The notes under the pieces: model-generated
What the model was told of the DNA's origin: nothing
Databases searched by the model: none
Seen by the model: the letters and a program-made list of their open reading frames with translations, nothing else
Program-made: the position numbers and the translations under genes
NCBI GenBank assembly: GCA_965153355.1
Contig: OZ231126.1
Span: 23,932,001 to 23,996,000 of the forward strand
Length of the DNA stretch: 64,000 nucleotides
Direction: 5' to 3'
From: Flaccisagitta enflata
Taxonomy: Eukaryota
In this document: one piece after another, positions 39,218-53,993 of the stretch
How positions within the stretch are numbered: position 1 is the stretch's first letter
Layout: every line of letters starts with the position of its first letter

Positions 39218-42200
39218 GACTGTTAGGAATAGGCCCGGCCGTGGGCGGCGACCAACGGCAGATTATGGCACTTTCTCAGGAGCCTTGCTATTTTGTTTTC
39301 TGAACCAAAACTGGTGCAGAGACCCCCAAAAGGCCAAGAAATGGTTTGATTACCAGAAAAAAAACCAAAGTGGCCCTAGATTACATCTAAATGTACATTT
39401 TTTTACTTGTTTATGCTATCAACAACTATGAAAAGAAATATAAGGAAAAAGTGTTGAAATTGGCTAAAATTGATTTTAAAAATTCCTGACCGCGTAGAAG
39501 TTTCTCTAAAGTGGCTAAATCATCTCTAACATCAATTCTGAGCATAATTAAGCCCTTTTTTGAACCTCAAATAACCTACTTAGTCTGTATTGGATGAATT
39601 TTAACAGCCAGAACTGCGTAATAGAATCACATATTTCACACTGTTTAGGCTCAAAATCCTCAAAAATCTGTATTTGACCCAACAAATTGTTATTTTATTG
39701 CATCAGCAATGGCCCTCCAATGAAGATCCACAAAAAAAATCAACTCAATAACTCAAACCCTTTGCCCTTCAAGGAAAAAACACATGTACCCAAATCTGGT
39801 CTCTGCTCGCTTCCTAACATCCTTATAAGAAGCAACCCTGTACTTAGTTAACTTTGTTAGGTCATTATCTGCTAATGGAGAATAGTTTTTGAGGAAAATA
39901 AGTGCTTATTTGAAAGATCTTTTCGAGTACTTTCATCTGAAAAAAAGAGCTAACTACTATCTCTCTCCGATAAAAAGTTATTGGCTCTCAAAGATGACAC
40001 CTTCTGGAAGCCTCCGATTTTCAAGATTGTCAAAAAATGGCTATAATGGGCCTATTTCAAGCCCTAAAAATACCTTAAAGCATTTAGTTTTTGGCCCAAA
40101 TTTGATTTTTTATCACACGGGAGAATTAGCTAATTCCATTGATAAATAAGCAAAAAATCAAGAAATTCATATTTTGATTAATTTTCCCTCTAATAAGACT
40201 GTTAGGAATAGGCCCGGCTGTGGGCGGCGACCAACGGCAGATTATGGCACTTTCTCAGGAGCCTTGCTATTTTGTTTTCTGAACCAAAACTGGTACAGAG
40301 ACCCCCAAAAGGCCAGGAAATGGTTTGATTACCAGAAAAAAACCAAAGTGGCCCTAGATTACATCTAAATGTACATTTTTTTACTTGTTTATGCTATCAA
40401 CAACTATGAAAAGAAATATAAGGAAAAAGTGTTGAAATTGGCTAAAATTGATTTTAAAAATTCCTGACCGCGTAGAAGTTTCTCCAAAGTGGCTAAATCA
40501 TCTCTAACATCAATTCTGAGCATAATTAAGCCCTTTTTTGAACCTCAAATAACCTACTTAGTCTGTATTGGATGAATTTTAACAGCCAGAACTGCGTAAT
40601 AGAATCACATATTTCACACTGTTTAGGCTCAAAATCCTCAAAAATCTGTATTTGACCCAACAAATTGTTATTTTATTGCATCAGCAATGGCCCTCCAATG
40701 AAGATCCAAAAAAAAAATCAACTCAATAACTCAAACCCTTTGCCCTTCAAGGAAAAAACACATGTACCCAAATCTGGTCTCTGCTCCCTTCCTAACATCC
40801 TTATAAGAAGCAACCCTGTACTTAGTTAACTTTGTTAGGTCATTATCTGCTAATGGAGAGTAGTTTTTGAGGAAAGTCAGTGCTTATTTGAAAGATCTTT
40901 TCGAGTACTTTCATCTGAAAAAAAGAGCTAACTACTATCTCTCTCCGATAAAAAGTTATTGGCTCTCAAAGATGACACCTTCTGGAAGCCTCCGATTTTC
41001 AAGATTGTCAAAAAATGGCTATAATGGGCCTATTTCAAGCCCTAAAAATACCTTAAAGCATTTAGTTTTTGGCCCAAATTTGATTTTTTATCACACGGGA
41101 GAATTAGCTAATTCCATTGATAAATAAGCAAAAAATCAAGAAATTCATATTTTGATTAATTTTCCCTCTAATAAGACTGTTAGGAATAGGCCCGGCTGTG
41201 GGCGGCGACCAACGGCAGATTATGGCACTTTCTCAGGAGCCTTGCTATTTTGTTTTCTGAACCAAAACTGGTGCAGAGACCCCCAAAAGGCCAAGAAATG
41301 GTTTGATTACCAGAAAAAAACCAAAGTGGCCCTAGATTACATCTAAATGTACATTTTTTTACTTGTTTATGCTATCAACAACTATGAAAAGAAATATAAG
41401 GAAAAAGTGTTGAAATTGGCTAAAATTGATTTTAAAAATTCCTGACCGCGTAGAAGTTTCTCCAAAGTGGCTAAATCATCTCTAACATCAATTCTGAGCA
41501 TAATTAAGCCCTTTTTTGAACCTCAAATAACCTACTTAGTCTGTATTGGATGAATTTTAACAGCCAGAACTGCGTAATAGAATCACATATTTCACACTGT
41601 TTAGGCTCAAAATCCTCAAAAATCTGTATTTGACCCAACAAATTGTTATTTTATTGCATCAGCAATGGCCCTCCAATGAAGATCCAAACAAAAAATCAAC
41701 TCAATAACTCAAACCCTTTGCCCTTCAAGGAAAAAACACATGTACCCAAATCTGGTCTCTGCTCCCTTCCTAACATCCTTATAAGAAGCAACCCTGTACT
41801 TAGTTAACTTTGTTAGGTCATTATCTGCTAATGGAGAGTAGTTTTTGAGGAAAGTCAGTGCTTATTTGAAAGATCTTTTCGAGTACTTTCATCTGAAAAA
41901 AAGAGCTAACTACTATCTCTCTCCGATAAAAAGTTATTGGCTCTCAAAGATGACACCTTCTGGAAGCCTCCGATTTTCAAGATTGTCAAAAAATGGCTAT
42001 AATGGGCCTATTTCAAGCCCTAAAAATACCTTAAAGCATTTAGTTTTTGGCCCAAATTTGATTTTTTATCACACGGGAGAATTAGAAATAGCTAATTCCA
42101 TTGATAAATAAGAAAAAAATCAAGAAATTCATATTTTGATTAATTTTCCCTCTAATAAGACTGTTAGGAATAGGCCCGGCTGTGGGCGGCGACCAACGGC

Positions 42201-45200
42201 AGATTATGGCACTTTCTCAGGAGCCTTGCTATTTTGTTTTCTGAACCAAAACTGGTACAGAGACCCCCAAAAGGCCAGGAAATGGTTTGATTACCAGAAA
42301 AAAACCAAAGTGGCCCTAGATTACATCTAAATGTACATTTTTTTACTTGTTTATGCTATCAACAACTATGAAAAGAAATATAAGGAAAAAGTGTTGAAAT
42401 TGGCTAAAATTGATTTTAAAAATTCCTGACCGCGTAGAAGTTTCTCCAAAGTGGCTAAATCATCTCTAACATCAATTCTGAGCATAATTAAGCCCTTTTT
42501 TGAACCTCAAATAACCTACTTAGTCTGTATTGGATGAATTTTAACAGCCAGAACTGCGTAATAGAATCACATATTTCACACTGTTTAGGCTCAAAATCCT
42601 CAAAAATCTGTATTTGACCCAACAAATTGTTATTTTATTGCATCAGCAATGGCCCTCCAATGAAGATCCAAACAAAAAATCAACTCAATAACTCAAACCC
42701 TTTGCCCTTCAAGGAAAAAACACATGTACCCAAATCTGGTCTCTGCTCCCTTCCTAACATCCTTATAAGAAGCAACCCTGTACTTAGTTAACTTTGTTAG
42801 GTCATTATCTGCTAATGGAGAGTAGTTTTTGAGGAAAGTCAGTGCTTATTTGAAAGATCTTTTCGAGTACTTTCATCTGAAAAAAAGAGCTAACTACTAT
42901 CTCTCTCCGATAAAAAGTTATTGGCTCTCAAAGATGACACCTTCTGGAAGCCTCCGATTTTCAAGATTGTCAAAAAATGGCTATAATGGGCCTATTTCAA
43001 GCCCTAAAAATACCTTAAAGCATTTAGTTTTTGGCCCAAATTTGATTTTTTATCACACGGGAGAATTAGAAATAGCTAATTCCATTGATAAATAAGAAAA
43101 AAATCAAGAAATTCATATTTTGATTAATTTTCCCTCTAATAAGACTGTTAGGAATAGGCCCGGCTGTGGGCGGCGACCAACGGCAGATTATGGCACTTTC
43201 TCAGGAGCCTTGCTATTTTGTTTTCTGAACCAAAACTGGTACAGAGACCCCCAAAAGGCCAGGAAATGGTTTGATTACCAGAAAAAAACCAAAGTGGCCC
43301 TAGATTACATCTAAATGTACATTTTTTTACTTGTTTATGCTATCAACAACTATGAAAAGAAATATAAGGAAAAAGTGTTGAAATTGGCTAAAATTGATTT
43401 TAAAAATTCCTGACCGCGTAGAAGTTTCTCCAAAGTGGCTAAATCATCTCTAACATCAATTCTGAGCATAATTAAGCCCTTTTTTGAACCTCAAATAACC
43501 TACTTAGTCTGTATTGGATGAATTTTAACAGCCAGAACTGCGTAATAGAATCACATATTTCACACTGTTTAGGCTCAAAATCCTCAAAAATCTGTATTTG
43601 ACCCAACAAATTGTTATTTTATTGCATCAGCAATGGCCCTCCAATGAAGATCCACAAAAAAAATCAACTCAATAACTCAAACCCTTTGCCCTTCAAGGAA
43701 AAAACACATGTACCCAAATCTGGTCTCTGCTCGCTTCCTAACATCCTTATAAGAAGCAACCCTGTACTTAGTTAACTTTGTTAGGTCATTATCTGCTAAT
43801 GGAGAGTAGTTTTTGAGGAAAGTCAGTGCTTATTTGAAAGATCTTTTCGAGTACTTTCATCTGAAAAAAAGAGCTAACTACTATCTCTCTCCGATAAAAA
43901 GTTATTGGCTCTCAAAGATGACACCTTCTGGAAGCCTCCGATTTTCAAGATTGTCAAAAAATGGCTATAATGGGCCTATTTCAAGCCCTAAAAATACCTT
44001 AAAGCATTTAGTTTTTGGCCCAAATTTGATTTTTTATCACACGGGAGAATTAGAAATAGCTAATTCCATTGATAAATAAGAAAAAAATCAAGAAATTCAT
44101 ATTTTGATTAATTTTCCCTCTAATAAGACTGTTAGGAATAGGCCCGGCTGTGGGCGGCGACCAACGGCAGATTATGGCACTTTCTCAGGAGCCTTGCTAT
44201 TTTGTTTTCTGAACCAAAACTGGTACAGAGACCCCCAAAAGGCCAGGAAATGGTTTGATTACCAGAAAAAAACCAAAGTGGCCCTAGATTACATCTAAAT
44301 GTACATTTTTTTACTTGTTTATGCTATCAACAACTATGAAAAGAAATATAAGGAAAAAGTGTTGAAATTGGCTAAAATTGATTTTAAAAATTCCTGACCG
44401 CGTAGAAGTTTCTCCAAAGTGGCTAAATCATCTCTAACATCAATTCTGAGCATAATTAAGCCCTTTTTTGAACCTCAAATAACCTACTTAGTCTGTATTG
44501 GATGAATTTTAACAGCCAGAACTGCGTAATAGAATCACATATTTCACACTGTTTAGGCTCAAAATCCTCAAAAATCTGTATTTGACCCAACAAATTGTTA
44601 TTTTATTGCATCAGCAATGGCCCTCCAATGAAGATCCACAAAAAAAATCAACTCAATAACTCAAACCCTTTGCCCTTCAAGGAAAAAACACATGTACCCA
44701 AATCTGGTCTCTGCTCCCTTCCTAACATCCTTATAAGAAGCAACCCTGTACTTAGTTAACTTTGTTAGGTCATTATCTGCTAATGGAGAGTAGTTTTTGA
44801 GGAAAGTCAGTGCTTATTTGAAAGATCTTTTTGAGTACTTTCATCTGAAAAAAAGAGCTAACTACTATCTCTCTCCGATAAAAAGTTATTGGCTCTCAAA
44901 GATGACACCTTCTGGAAGCCTCCGATTTTCAAGATTGTCAAAAATGGCTATAATGGGCCTATTTCAAGCCCTAAAAATACCTTAAAGCATTTAGTTTTTG
45001 GCCCAAATTTGATTTTTTATCACACGGGAGAATTAGCTAATTCCATTGATAAATAAGCAAAAAATCAAGAAATTCATATTTTGATTAATTTTCCCTCTAA
45101 TAAGACTGTTAGGAATAGGCCCGGCTGTGGGCGGCGACCAACGGCAGATTATGGCACTTTCTCAGGAGCCTTGCTATTTTGTTTTCTGAACCAAAACTGG

Positions 45201-48200
45201 TACAGAGACCCCCAAAAGGCCAGGAAATGGTTTGATTACCAGAAAAAAACCAAAGTGGCCCTAGATTACATCTAAATGTACATTTTTTTACTTGTTTATG
45301 CTATCAACAACTATGAAAAGAAATATAAGGAAAAAGTGTTGAAATTGGCTAAAATTGATTTTAAAAATTCCTGACCGCGTAGAAGTTTCTCCAAAGTGGC
45401 TAAATCATCTCTAACATCAATTCTGAGCATAATTAAGCCCTTTTTTGAACCTCAAATAACCTACTTAGTCTGTATTGGATGAATTTTAACAGCCAGAACT
45501 GCGTAATAGAATCACATATTTCACACTGTTTAGGCTCAAAATCCTCAAAAATCTGTATTTGACCCAACAAATTGTTATTTTATTGCATCAGCAATGGCCC
45601 TCCAATGAAGATCCAAACAAAAAATCAACTCAATAACTCAAACCCTTTGCCCTTCAAGGAAAAAACACATGTACCCAAATCTGGTCTCTGCTCCCTTCCT
45701 AACATCCTTATAAGAAGCAACCCTGTACTTAGTTAACTTTGTTAGGTCATTATCTGCTAATGGAGAGTAGTTTTTGAGGAAAGTCAGTGCTTATTTGAAA
45801 GATCTTTTCGAGTACTTTCATCTGAAAAAAAGAGCTAACTACTATCTCTCTCCGATAAAAAGTTATTGGCTCTCAAAGATGACACCTTCTGGAAGCCTCC
45901 GATTTTCAAGATTGTCAAAAAATGGCTATAATGGGCCTATTTCAAGCCCTAAAAATACCTTAAAGCATTTAGTTTTTGGCCCAAATTTGATTTTTTATCA
46001 CACGGGAGAATTAGAAATAGCTAATTCCATTGATAAATAAGAAAAAAATCAAGAAATTCATATTTTGATTAATTTTCCCTCTAATAAGACTGTTAGGAAT
46101 AGGCCCGGCTGTGGGCGGCGACCAACGGCAGATTATGGCACTTTCTCAGGAGCCTTGCTATTTTGTTTTCTGAACCAAAACTGGTACAGAGACCCCCAAA
46201 AGGCCAGGAAATGGTTTGATTACCAGAAAAAAACCAAAGTGGCCCTAGATTACATCTAAATGTACATTTTTTTACTTGTTTATGCTATCAACAACTATGA
46301 AAAGAAATATAAGGAAAAAGTGTTGAAATTGGCTAAAATTGATTTTAAAAATTCCTGACCGCGTAGAAGTTTCTCCAAAGTGGCTAAATCATCTCTAACA
46401 TCAATTCTGAGCATAATTAAGCCCTTTTTTGAACCTCAAATAACCTACTTAGTCTGTATTGGATGAATTTTAACAGCCAGAACTGCGTAATAGAATCACA
46501 TATTTCACACTGTTTAGGCTCAAAATCCTCAAAAATCTGTATTTGACCCAACAAATTGTTATTTTATTGCATCAGCAATGGCCCTCCAATGAAGATCCAC
46601 AAAAAAAATCAACTCAATAACTCAAACCCTTTGCCCTTCAAGGAAAAAACACATGTACCCAAATCTGGTCTCTGCTCCCTTCCTAACATCCTTATAAGAA
46701 GCAACCCTGTACTTAGTTAACTTTGTTAGGTCATTATCTGCTAATGGAGAGTAGTTTTTGAGGAAAGTCAGTGCTTATTTGAAAGATCTTTTCGAGTACT
46801 TTCATCTGAAAAAAAGAGCTAACTACTATCTCTCTCCGATAAAAAGTTATTGGCTCTCAAAGATGACACCTTCTGGAAGCCTCCGATTTTCAAGATTGTC
46901 AAAAAATGGCTATAATGGGCCTATTTCAAGCCCTAAAAATACCTTAAAGCATTTAGTTTTTGGCCCAAATTTGATTTTTTATCACACGGGAGAATTAGAA
47001 ATAGCTAATTCCATTGATAAATAAGAAAAAAATCAAGAAATTCATATTTTGATTAATTTTCCCTCTAATAAGACTGTTAGGAATAGGCCCGGCTGTGGGC
47101 GGCGACCAACGGCAGATTATGGCACTTTCTCAGGAGCCTTGCTATTTTGTTTTCTGAACCAAAACTGGTACAGAGACCCCCAAAAGGCCAGGAAATGGTT
47201 TGATTACCAGAAAAAAACCAAAGTGGCCCTAGATTACATCTAAATGTACATTTTTTTACTTGTTTATGCTATCAACAACTATGAAAAGAAATATAAGGAA
47301 AAAGTGTTGAAATTGGCTAAAATTGATTTTAAAAATTCCTGACCGCGTAGAAGTTTCTCCAAAGTGGCTAAATCATCTCTAACATCAATTCTGAGCATAA
47401 TTAAGCCCTTTTTTGAACCTCAAATAACCTACTTAGTCTGTATTGGATGAATTTTAACAGCCAGAACTGCGTAATAGAATCACATATTTCACACTGTTTA
47501 GGCTCAAAATCCTCAAAAATCTGTATTTGACCCAACAAATTGTTATTTTATTGCATCAGCAATGGCCCTCCAATGAAGATCCACAAAAAAATCAACTCAA
47601 TAACTCAAACCCTTTGCCCTTCAAGGAAAAAACACATGTACCCAAATCTGGTCTCTGCTCGCTTCCTAACATCCTTATAAGAAGCAACCCTGTACTTAGT
47701 TAACTTTGTTAGGTCATTATCTGCTAATGGAGAATAGTTTTTGAGGAAAATCAGTGCTTATTTGAAAGATCTTTTCGAGTACTTTCATCTGAAAAAAAGA
47801 GCTAACTACTATCTCTCTCCGATAAAAAGTTATTGGCTCTCAAAGATGACACCTTCTGGAAGCCTCCGATTTTCAAGATTGTCAAAAAATGGCTATAATG
47901 GGCCTATTTCAAGCCCTAAAAATACCTTAAAGCATTTAGTTTTTGGCCCAAATTTGATTTTTTATCACAGGGAAGAATTAGAAATAGCTAATTCCATTGA
48001 TAAATAAGAAAAAAATCAAGAAATTCATATTTTGATTAATTTTCCCTCTAATAAGACTGTTAGGAATAGGCCCGGCTGTGGGCGGCGACCAACGGCAGAT
48101 TATGGCACTTTCTCAGGAGCCTTGCTATTTTGTTTTCTGAACCAAAACTGGTACAGAGACCCCCAAAAGGCCAGGAAATGGTTTGATTACCAGAAAAAAA

Positions 48201-49642
48201 CCAAAGTGGCCCTAGATTACATCTAAATGTACATTTTTTTACTTGTTTATGCTATCAACAACTATGAAAAGAAATATAAGGAAAAAGTGTTGAAATTGGC
48301 TAAAATTGATTTTAAAAATTCCTGACCGCGTAGAAGTTTCTCTAAAGTGGCTAAATCATCTCTAACATCAATTCTGAGCATAATTAAGCCCTTTTTTGAA
48401 CCTCAAATAACCTATTTAGTCTGTATTGGATGAATTTTAACAGCCAAAACTGCTTAATAGAATCACATATTTCACACTGTTTAGGCTCAAAATCCTCAAA
48501 AATCTGTATTTGACCCAACAAATTGTTATTTTATTGCATCAGCAATGGCCCTCCAATGAAGATCCACAAAAAAAATCAACTCAATAACTCAAACCCTTTG
48601 CCCTTCAAGGAAAAAACACATGTACCCAAATCTGGTCTCTGCTCGCTTCCTAACATCCTTATAAGAAGCAACCCTGTACTTAGTTAACTTTGTTAGGTCA
48701 TTATCTGCTAATGGAGAATAGTTTTTGAGGAAAATCAGTGCTTATTTGAAAGATCTTTTCGAGCACTTTCATCTGAAAAAAAGAGCTAACTACTATCTCT
48801 CTCCGATAAAAAGTTATTGGCTCTCAAAGATGACACCTTCTGGAAGCCTCCGATTTTCAAGATTGTCAAAAAATGGCTATAATGGGCCTATTTCAAGCCC
48901 TAAAAATACCTTAAAGCATTTAGTTTTTGGCCCAAATTTGATTTTTTATCACACGAGAGAATTAGAAATAGCTAATTCCATTGATAAATAAGAAAAAAAT
49001 CAAGAAATTCATATTTTGATTAATTTTCCCTCTAATAAGACTGTTAGGAATAGGCCCGGCTGTGGGCGGCGACCAACGGCAGATTATGGCACTTTCTCAG
49101 GAGCCTTGCTATTTTGTTTTCTGAACCAAAACTGGTACAGAGACCCCCAAAAGGCCAGGAAATGGTTTGATTACCAGAAAAAAACCAAAGTGGCCCTAGA
49201 TTACATCTAAATGTACATTTTTTTACTTGTTTATGCTATCAACAACTATGAAAAGAAATATAAGGAAAAAGTGTTGAAATTGGCTAAAATTGATTTTAAA
49301 AATTCCTGACCGCGTAGAAGTTTCTCTAAAGTGGCTAAATCATCTCTAACATCAATTCTGAGCATAATTAAGCCCTTTTTTGAACCTCAAATAACCTATT
49401 TAGTCTGTATTGGATGAATTTTAACAGCCAAAACTGCTTAATAGAATCACATATTTCACACTGTTTAGGCTCAAAATCCTCAAAAATCTGTATTTGACCC
49501 AACAAATTGTTATTTTATTGCATCAGCAATGGCCCTCCAATGAAGATCCACAAAAAAAATCAACTCAATAACTCAAACCCTTTGCCCTTCAAGGAAAAAA
49601 CACATGTACCCAAATCTGGTCTCTGCTCGCTTCCTAACATCC
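39218..49642. mobile_element. Composite DNA-transposon tandem array: 11 x ~604-bp long direct repeat plus 10 x ~374-380-bp spacer (KolobokP-like architecture, non-autonomous)
   Basis: Repeat starts at 39218, 40197, 41175, 42159, 43143, 44127, 45104, 46088, 47072, 48055, 49039; each repeat runs GACTGTTAGGAA...TTCCTAACATCC; TGTA at 39214-39217 and 49643-49646. Confidence 0.85.
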
Positions 49643-49660
49643 TGTAAGTTCATCAATAAC

Positions 49661-49843
49661 CTGATCCCTGCATGATCTTCTTTTTTATTTCCTCGAGACG
49701 TTCTCCCGTCCTCGCTTCCGTTTCATTCATTCGATCTTCCAGTTGATTCAAACGTTCTTGAAGTCCATCAAAACGTTCCTTCATCTGACTGTTGGTCTCG
49801 TTCAACCGAATCTCCATGGATCCAAACCGATCTTCAAGTTGTC
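49661..49843 (-). CDS. Coiled-coil exon of the FReD gene
   Basis: (CT)n-AG acceptor; GQLEDRFGSMEIRLNETNSQMKERFDGLQERLNQLEDRMNETEARTGERLEEIK heptad pattern; phase 1-1 if the donor is CAG|GTTATT, which joins the 38079 exon in frame; donor uncertain. Confidence 0.72.
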
Positions 49844-49929
<86 letters not shown>

Positions 49930-50045
49930 CAGCTCGTAAACAAGCTCCTCCGCGTATACGTGTACGTGCGCGTGTACGTGTGTGCGTACCTCAGGACGTA
50001 TGCGTGTGTAAATGAATAAAAGGGACTCGTACCATGGTGCGCTAC

Positions 50046-50253
50046 CTATATGTGCTTCCACGCGGTCAAAGTGCTTTGTCACGGTCTCAGTAAAATTGGC
50101 GAATTTCCTTTCAAACTTGGCTGTCCATTCGTTAAGATCCACTTGTGCCGGGAAAATGCTTTGCACGACTGCAAACGACTGACCACCAAGGTCCCGCTTC
50201 GAGCGTCCATCCACGACGTTGTCTGCATGGATTTTTTGGTGGATTGATTTGAT
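50046..50253 (-). CDS. Upstream exon of the FReD gene (5' boundary unknown)
   Basis: ...DGRSKRDLGGQSFAVVQSIFPAQVDLNEWTAKFERKFANFTETVTKHFDRVEAHI; RSKR furin-like site; donor ATAG|GTAGCG joins the next exon in frame; in-frame TGA at 50254-50256 just upstream. Confidence 0.6.
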
Positions 50254-52952
50254 TCAGTAGAATCTTGGTGATGAGGTGGTATTGGGTTGATAATTGCTGT
50301 TTTGGCGATGGGATTTATGTAGGTGAATAGGTGGTGATGAGGAGGTGATTTGGGGATGATAGGTACTCTGTAATGGTTGTAGGATCTGGCGCTCTGTGTA
50401 GTAGACCTTAGTGATCACAAGTCTTTCCGCTTCCAGCATTTCAAGAAGCGCCCTTGAATGTCAGTGTGAGGGACTGTCGGTCTGTCCGTTCATCCGACCA
50501 TGCATATTCTTCTTTAACGAGACGAATCTCTACCCTTAGCGTGAATTTTGTGCTGTCTGTATTGCGTGGGGGTAACATGTTAATCGACATTAATTAGTAA
50601 CGACACCCTCTTTGAGCTAGTATTACAATGAATCGATCACATGATGATAATGCAAACATCCATAACATTCGTAAGAAAGGCAAACCTTTTTGGAGATTCG
50701 GTGCCAGTCTACGGCCGTGATTCTTTTCCTGTTCGTACGCTTGACGGTCTTCTCTGTTTGATCTTCAAACGGCTAACGGCAACAACCAAAGATTAGAAGA
50801 TTAGAAGAATTCAAGCTGAGTGCGTTAGCAGAACAATGACAGTCAGCTAATGGTTGACGAATTCAAAGCATGACGGACACACGGATACAACCTTATGAAA
50901 TGGAAAAGCTTAAGCTGAGGTGCTTTCTCGGGATATATGTATGTGGCCACATGCTCATTTAAACTGAACCAAAAATAAACAACACGGGGTTACCAATACA
51001 ATATCATGGCGGACGGAGGGTGGGGCAGGAGCAGAAAAGCGCGTTTTTACACATTTTTCTACCGGAGCATTATGGGGGTATGGACAGACGGACAGATGGA
51101 CAGAGAGACGAATTGACCAAGTTTCACATTGAGTCGCGGACGCGTTTAAAAACGAATCCCGATGATTTTATTTATTACCTATGGTAGAATGAAATCAAAA
51201 CGAAAATCAACGCGAATGCTCGCATTTTCGTTAAGATCGAAGTTTCCACGAGAATTTTACAACACGGAAGTTTTCTGGAGGCTTCTTGTTTGTTTGTTAT
51301 TGTTATTGTTATTGTTATTGTTATTGTTGTTACGGTTTCTTAGCAACGAGTGACAAAACAGGCTATGCGGCGCTTAATAACAGGTGAGTCATTAGCCATC
51401 TAATAAAGCAAAATTAAAAGAAAGTTCTCTATCAAAAGGACACAGCTCAAAACTATGTTGACTGATGATTTACATCAAACATTTAGCCTTGGGATTTCTA
51501 TTATGTTTGGCCGCCACCTTCTTCATATTCATAAATGGATGGTTTCATGCTACATTCCTCTGATATAGAACTTTCCTATGACGTGGTAAAAAGTGGTTGT
51601 TAAGCTATATAGCTATTTGTCATTTCCTAATGCATGTACTACTTCCGATCTCTATCCGATGTCCGCTCTTGTACCTTTTATACTGAATATGGTTTTTAAG
51701 CGATCTCACTGAAATCATTTCAGACGAGGGAAATAGGTATCCTGTGAAATATACTTTTTGGTCGCGTGCTATGTCCGTCTGTACGTCCATCCATCCGTCC
51801 ATCCATTGGTTGGTTGTTCTTTTGGTTTGTCGGTTGATTGGTTGGTTCTCTTTTGTTTGTTTTTTTTTTTGCGTATATGAGCTTTCTAAGCTCTTCGCTC
51901 CCGCCCAAATGCCCTTGTGACTGCTCCATCACTGCCCCTGCCCAGTGCCCATCCGCACACGACAGCTATAGTCATGTATCTGGCCTCATTTACTGGCTAC
52001 TGAAAGCTTACAGAAACGAAATTGGTCAACTTACACTTGGTAATTGTGTTTGTTTGGTTCCAGAGATATGCTTTTCAAAGTCCTTAAAACTCAACTTTTC
52101 AATCTCTCAAAAAGCCAATCTTAAATATGTTTCAACTTTGATGATAAAGAATGTTTGGTCTCTCGGCGAAGCTTTTGGCCATAAATTAAGAGCGAATTAA
52201 GAGGTGGAGAGGTTGTCTGGGGCAACTTTGATTTATTTCGCGTTGAAAGAGCGTCTTTTCAAGCCCTGATTCTTTATCTGTCCGAATCTATTCCACTCAA
52301 CTGATTGCCGATCTTTAAAATCAATAAATCACGAAAAGAAAAAGAAAAAAGAAAAAAGAAAAGGAGTGAAAAGAAAAATATTGAATTCATGCAAAATTAG
52401 TTATGTAAAGAAGGAGAAACTTTCAATTTTTCAAACTGTCTTCGAATGTTCAAAAGAAATAAAAAAAGGTCTTGGACTTTTTATACTAAGGATAGCAATG
52501 TAAACGAAAAAAAATTTTTTTCTCTAAACCCCTAATGACCGGTATGAGTCGATGCAGTATTGCAAGGGCTTTCATTTGATACCTCGTAACACACATTTTT
52601 TGGTATTTTATGTCGTCGTGACTAAAAAGTTGTAAAATTGCCCTATTGGGTGTTTCTGTCTACTTTTTTCTCAATCACCATCACTCTCTTCTTGGGCTAA
52701 TCAATGGACAAGATATGCCAAAGAAGACCTGAAATATTGTTTTTATTGGGGGAAAAGGTAAAATACCCATTTTTATGAAAAAAAGGCATTAAACAAGTGC
52801 TTTAACAGCAATCTTGAACAACTAATGGGAAAAGGCCCAACCATGAAAAACGCCAAATTCATATGACAAGCATGTAAAATTGGTTGATGACTACACTGAT
52901 GCTGATTGTCTTTCCTGTTGTTGTTGTTGTTATTTTTGTTGTTGTTATTGTT

Positions 52953-53041
<89 letters not shown>

Positions 53042-53123
53042 CATTTTTGTTGTTTTTCTGTCATTGTTTTTGTGGTTGTTGTTATTGCCGTTGTTGTTGT
53101 TGTTACTTACGTTATTACTGCTT

Positions 53124-53230
<107 letters not shown>

Positions 53231-53602
53231 ATTGTTGTTGTTGTTGTTGTTATTGTTGTGGTTGTTGTCAGTGTTGCTATAAAATTTTTGTTTTTGCTGT
53301 TGTATTCATTGTTGTTAATCTCGTTGTTGTTTTGATTGTTGTTTTACTTGTTCTTGTTATTGTTCTTATTGATGTTGTTTGCATTGCTGTCATTGTTTTT
53401 TGCATTGTTGTTCTCGTTGTTGATGTTGTTGTTGTTTTTTTTTCTTGCAGTTGTGTTCGGTGCTTTGATTTCAGAGTCTTGTTACTTTTGCCATTGATTT
53501 GATCCTTCTTGACTGCGCACAAAACATTTAATACGCGAACACTAGAAATCGGTATCTCCGTTATTATCCATTTTGGAACCCCAGCCAGGAGTGTTTTTTT
53601 CC

Positions 53603-53993
<391 letters not shown>

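Noticed and set aside
39889-49210. Repeated 86-88 aa and 64 aa ORFs in the array
   Set aside because: TTG starts, no recognisable domain, one crosses the spacer/repeat junction and one copy is frameshifted; recurrence simply reflects the DNA repeat.
39221-49639. Tandem-array TRIM / LTR retrotransposon (TGTTAGGAA...TTCCTAACA resembles TG...CA LTR ends)
   Set aside because: With TG/CA boundaries the flanks (AGAC / TCCT) are not duplicated; no PBS (TGG) or polypurine tract in either orientation; homology extends 3 bp further each side to a clean TGTA TSD.
39218-49642. CRISPR-like array or tandem RNA-gene cluster (5S, snRNA, tRNA)
   Set aside because: Spacers are near-identical rather than unique, the units are far too long for CRISPR, and I recognised no structural RNA gene in the unit.
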